32,000 nucleotides of DNA from Xylella taiwanensis. GTDB lineage: Bacteria > Pseudomonadota > Gammaproteobacteria > Xanthomonadales > Xanthomonadaceae. The notes below the pieces were generated by a model. That model searched no databases. It saw only the letters and a program-made list of their open reading frames with translations, and was not told the DNA's origin. Where the stretch lies: contig NZ_CP053627.1 in the NCBI RefSeq assembly GCF_013177435.1, positions 2,130,001 through 2,162,000 on the forward strand, read 5' to 3'. A program made the position numbers and the translations under genes. Below are positions 31,537-32,000 of this stretch, one piece after another (the stretch's first letter is position 1; each line of letters begins with the position of its first letter).

Positions 31537-31597
31537 TGTACAAACGTATGGGGTAGATCGACAGTTTTAAAAGGTCTATCGTGGTACGGTCCGGTTT

Positions 31598-32000
31598 ATG
31601 CCAATCGCCGCAATATCCATCCCCGCCAAGTTCACCGCCTTCCGGATCCACCAAGACGATGCCGGCCATCGTGCTGGATTGGAAGCAACGGCCTTGGATC
31701 TGTTAACTCCAGGCGAAGTGGTAGTTCGCGCGTTATGGTCTTCTGTCAATTATAAAGACGCCCTAGCTGGTACCGGGCGAAGTAGGATCCTACACCGATT
31801 TCCGCTCACTGGGGGGATTGACGTGGCTGGATATGTGATCGCATCCACCGACCCAACCTTCAATGAAGGCGACGCTGTGATCGCCACCGGCTGTGGCCTG
31901 AGCGAGACCCTGGATGGTGGCTACAGCCAGTACGTACGATTGAAATCACAGACATTACTTCCACTCCCAGCCGGGCTGAGCCTACGTGAAGCAATGGTGA
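31598..32000 (+). CDS. YhdH/AcuI-family MDR oxidoreductase (acrylyl-CoA reductase / quinone oxidoreductase-like), N-terminal 134 codons
   Basis: Absent from the ORF track because it is open at the window end. My translation gives MPIAAISIPAKFTAFRIHQDD...VRALWSSVNYKDALAGTGRSRILHRFPLTGGIDVAGYV.., close to E. coli YhdH [32 protein letters not shown]. Confidence 0.85.
   Translation, partial: MPIAAISIPAKFTAFRIHQDDAGHRAGLEATALDLLTPGEVVVRALWSSVNYKDALAGTGRSRILHRFPLTGGIDVAGYVIASTDPTFNEGDAVIATGCGLSETLDGGYSQYVRLKSQTLLPLPAGLSLREAMV

Overview
The window reads as chromosomal backbone of a Xanthomonadaceae-type gammaproteobacterium. Gene content, synteny, roughly 50% GC by eye and heavy gene decay look Xylella-like; that assignment is inference only. 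I support 21 CDS, 19 complete and 2 cut by the window edges. Both edge-cut ORFs are absent from the ORF track and were found by my own translation. The genes, in order: (1) minor-pilin operon fimT-pilV-pilW-pilX-pilY1 on the minus strand, with overlapping or abutting stop/start codons; (2) ppnN; (3) a CSS-motif/EAL c-di-GMP phosphodiesterase; (4) a rhodanese-ThiF/MoeB E1-like enzyme; (5) the block ndk-rlmN-pilF-rodZ-yfgM-bamB-der; (6) gapA; (7) hflK-hflC-DUF2065-purA; (8) the start of a YhdH/AcuI-type oxidoreductase. About 9.5 kb (~30%) lies in four ORF-poor blocks: 7380-8858, 10416-14437, 22549-25719 and 26725-27609. By stitching reading frames I recognise two shattered genes in these blocks. 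One is a P4-type tyrosine integrase relic (~12720-13830, minus). The other is a thiolase relic (~23747-24904, plus) whose frameshift falls where the catalytic Cys codon should be. Smaller observations include a 7-bp x4 microsatellite, an in-frame 27-bp tandem duplication in rodZ, an orphan intrinsic terminator upstream of ndk, an AlgR-like 9-mer in the fimT promoter, several palindromes, and loss of ispG-hisS from an otherwise conserved gene block. I found no CRISPR array, tRNA/rRNA gene, intact mobile element or convincing novel multi-gene system. The main signal is reductive gene decay, and about 6 kb of ORF-poor DNA remains unexplained. All homology statements rest on remembered family motifs and model-organism sequences, not on a database search.
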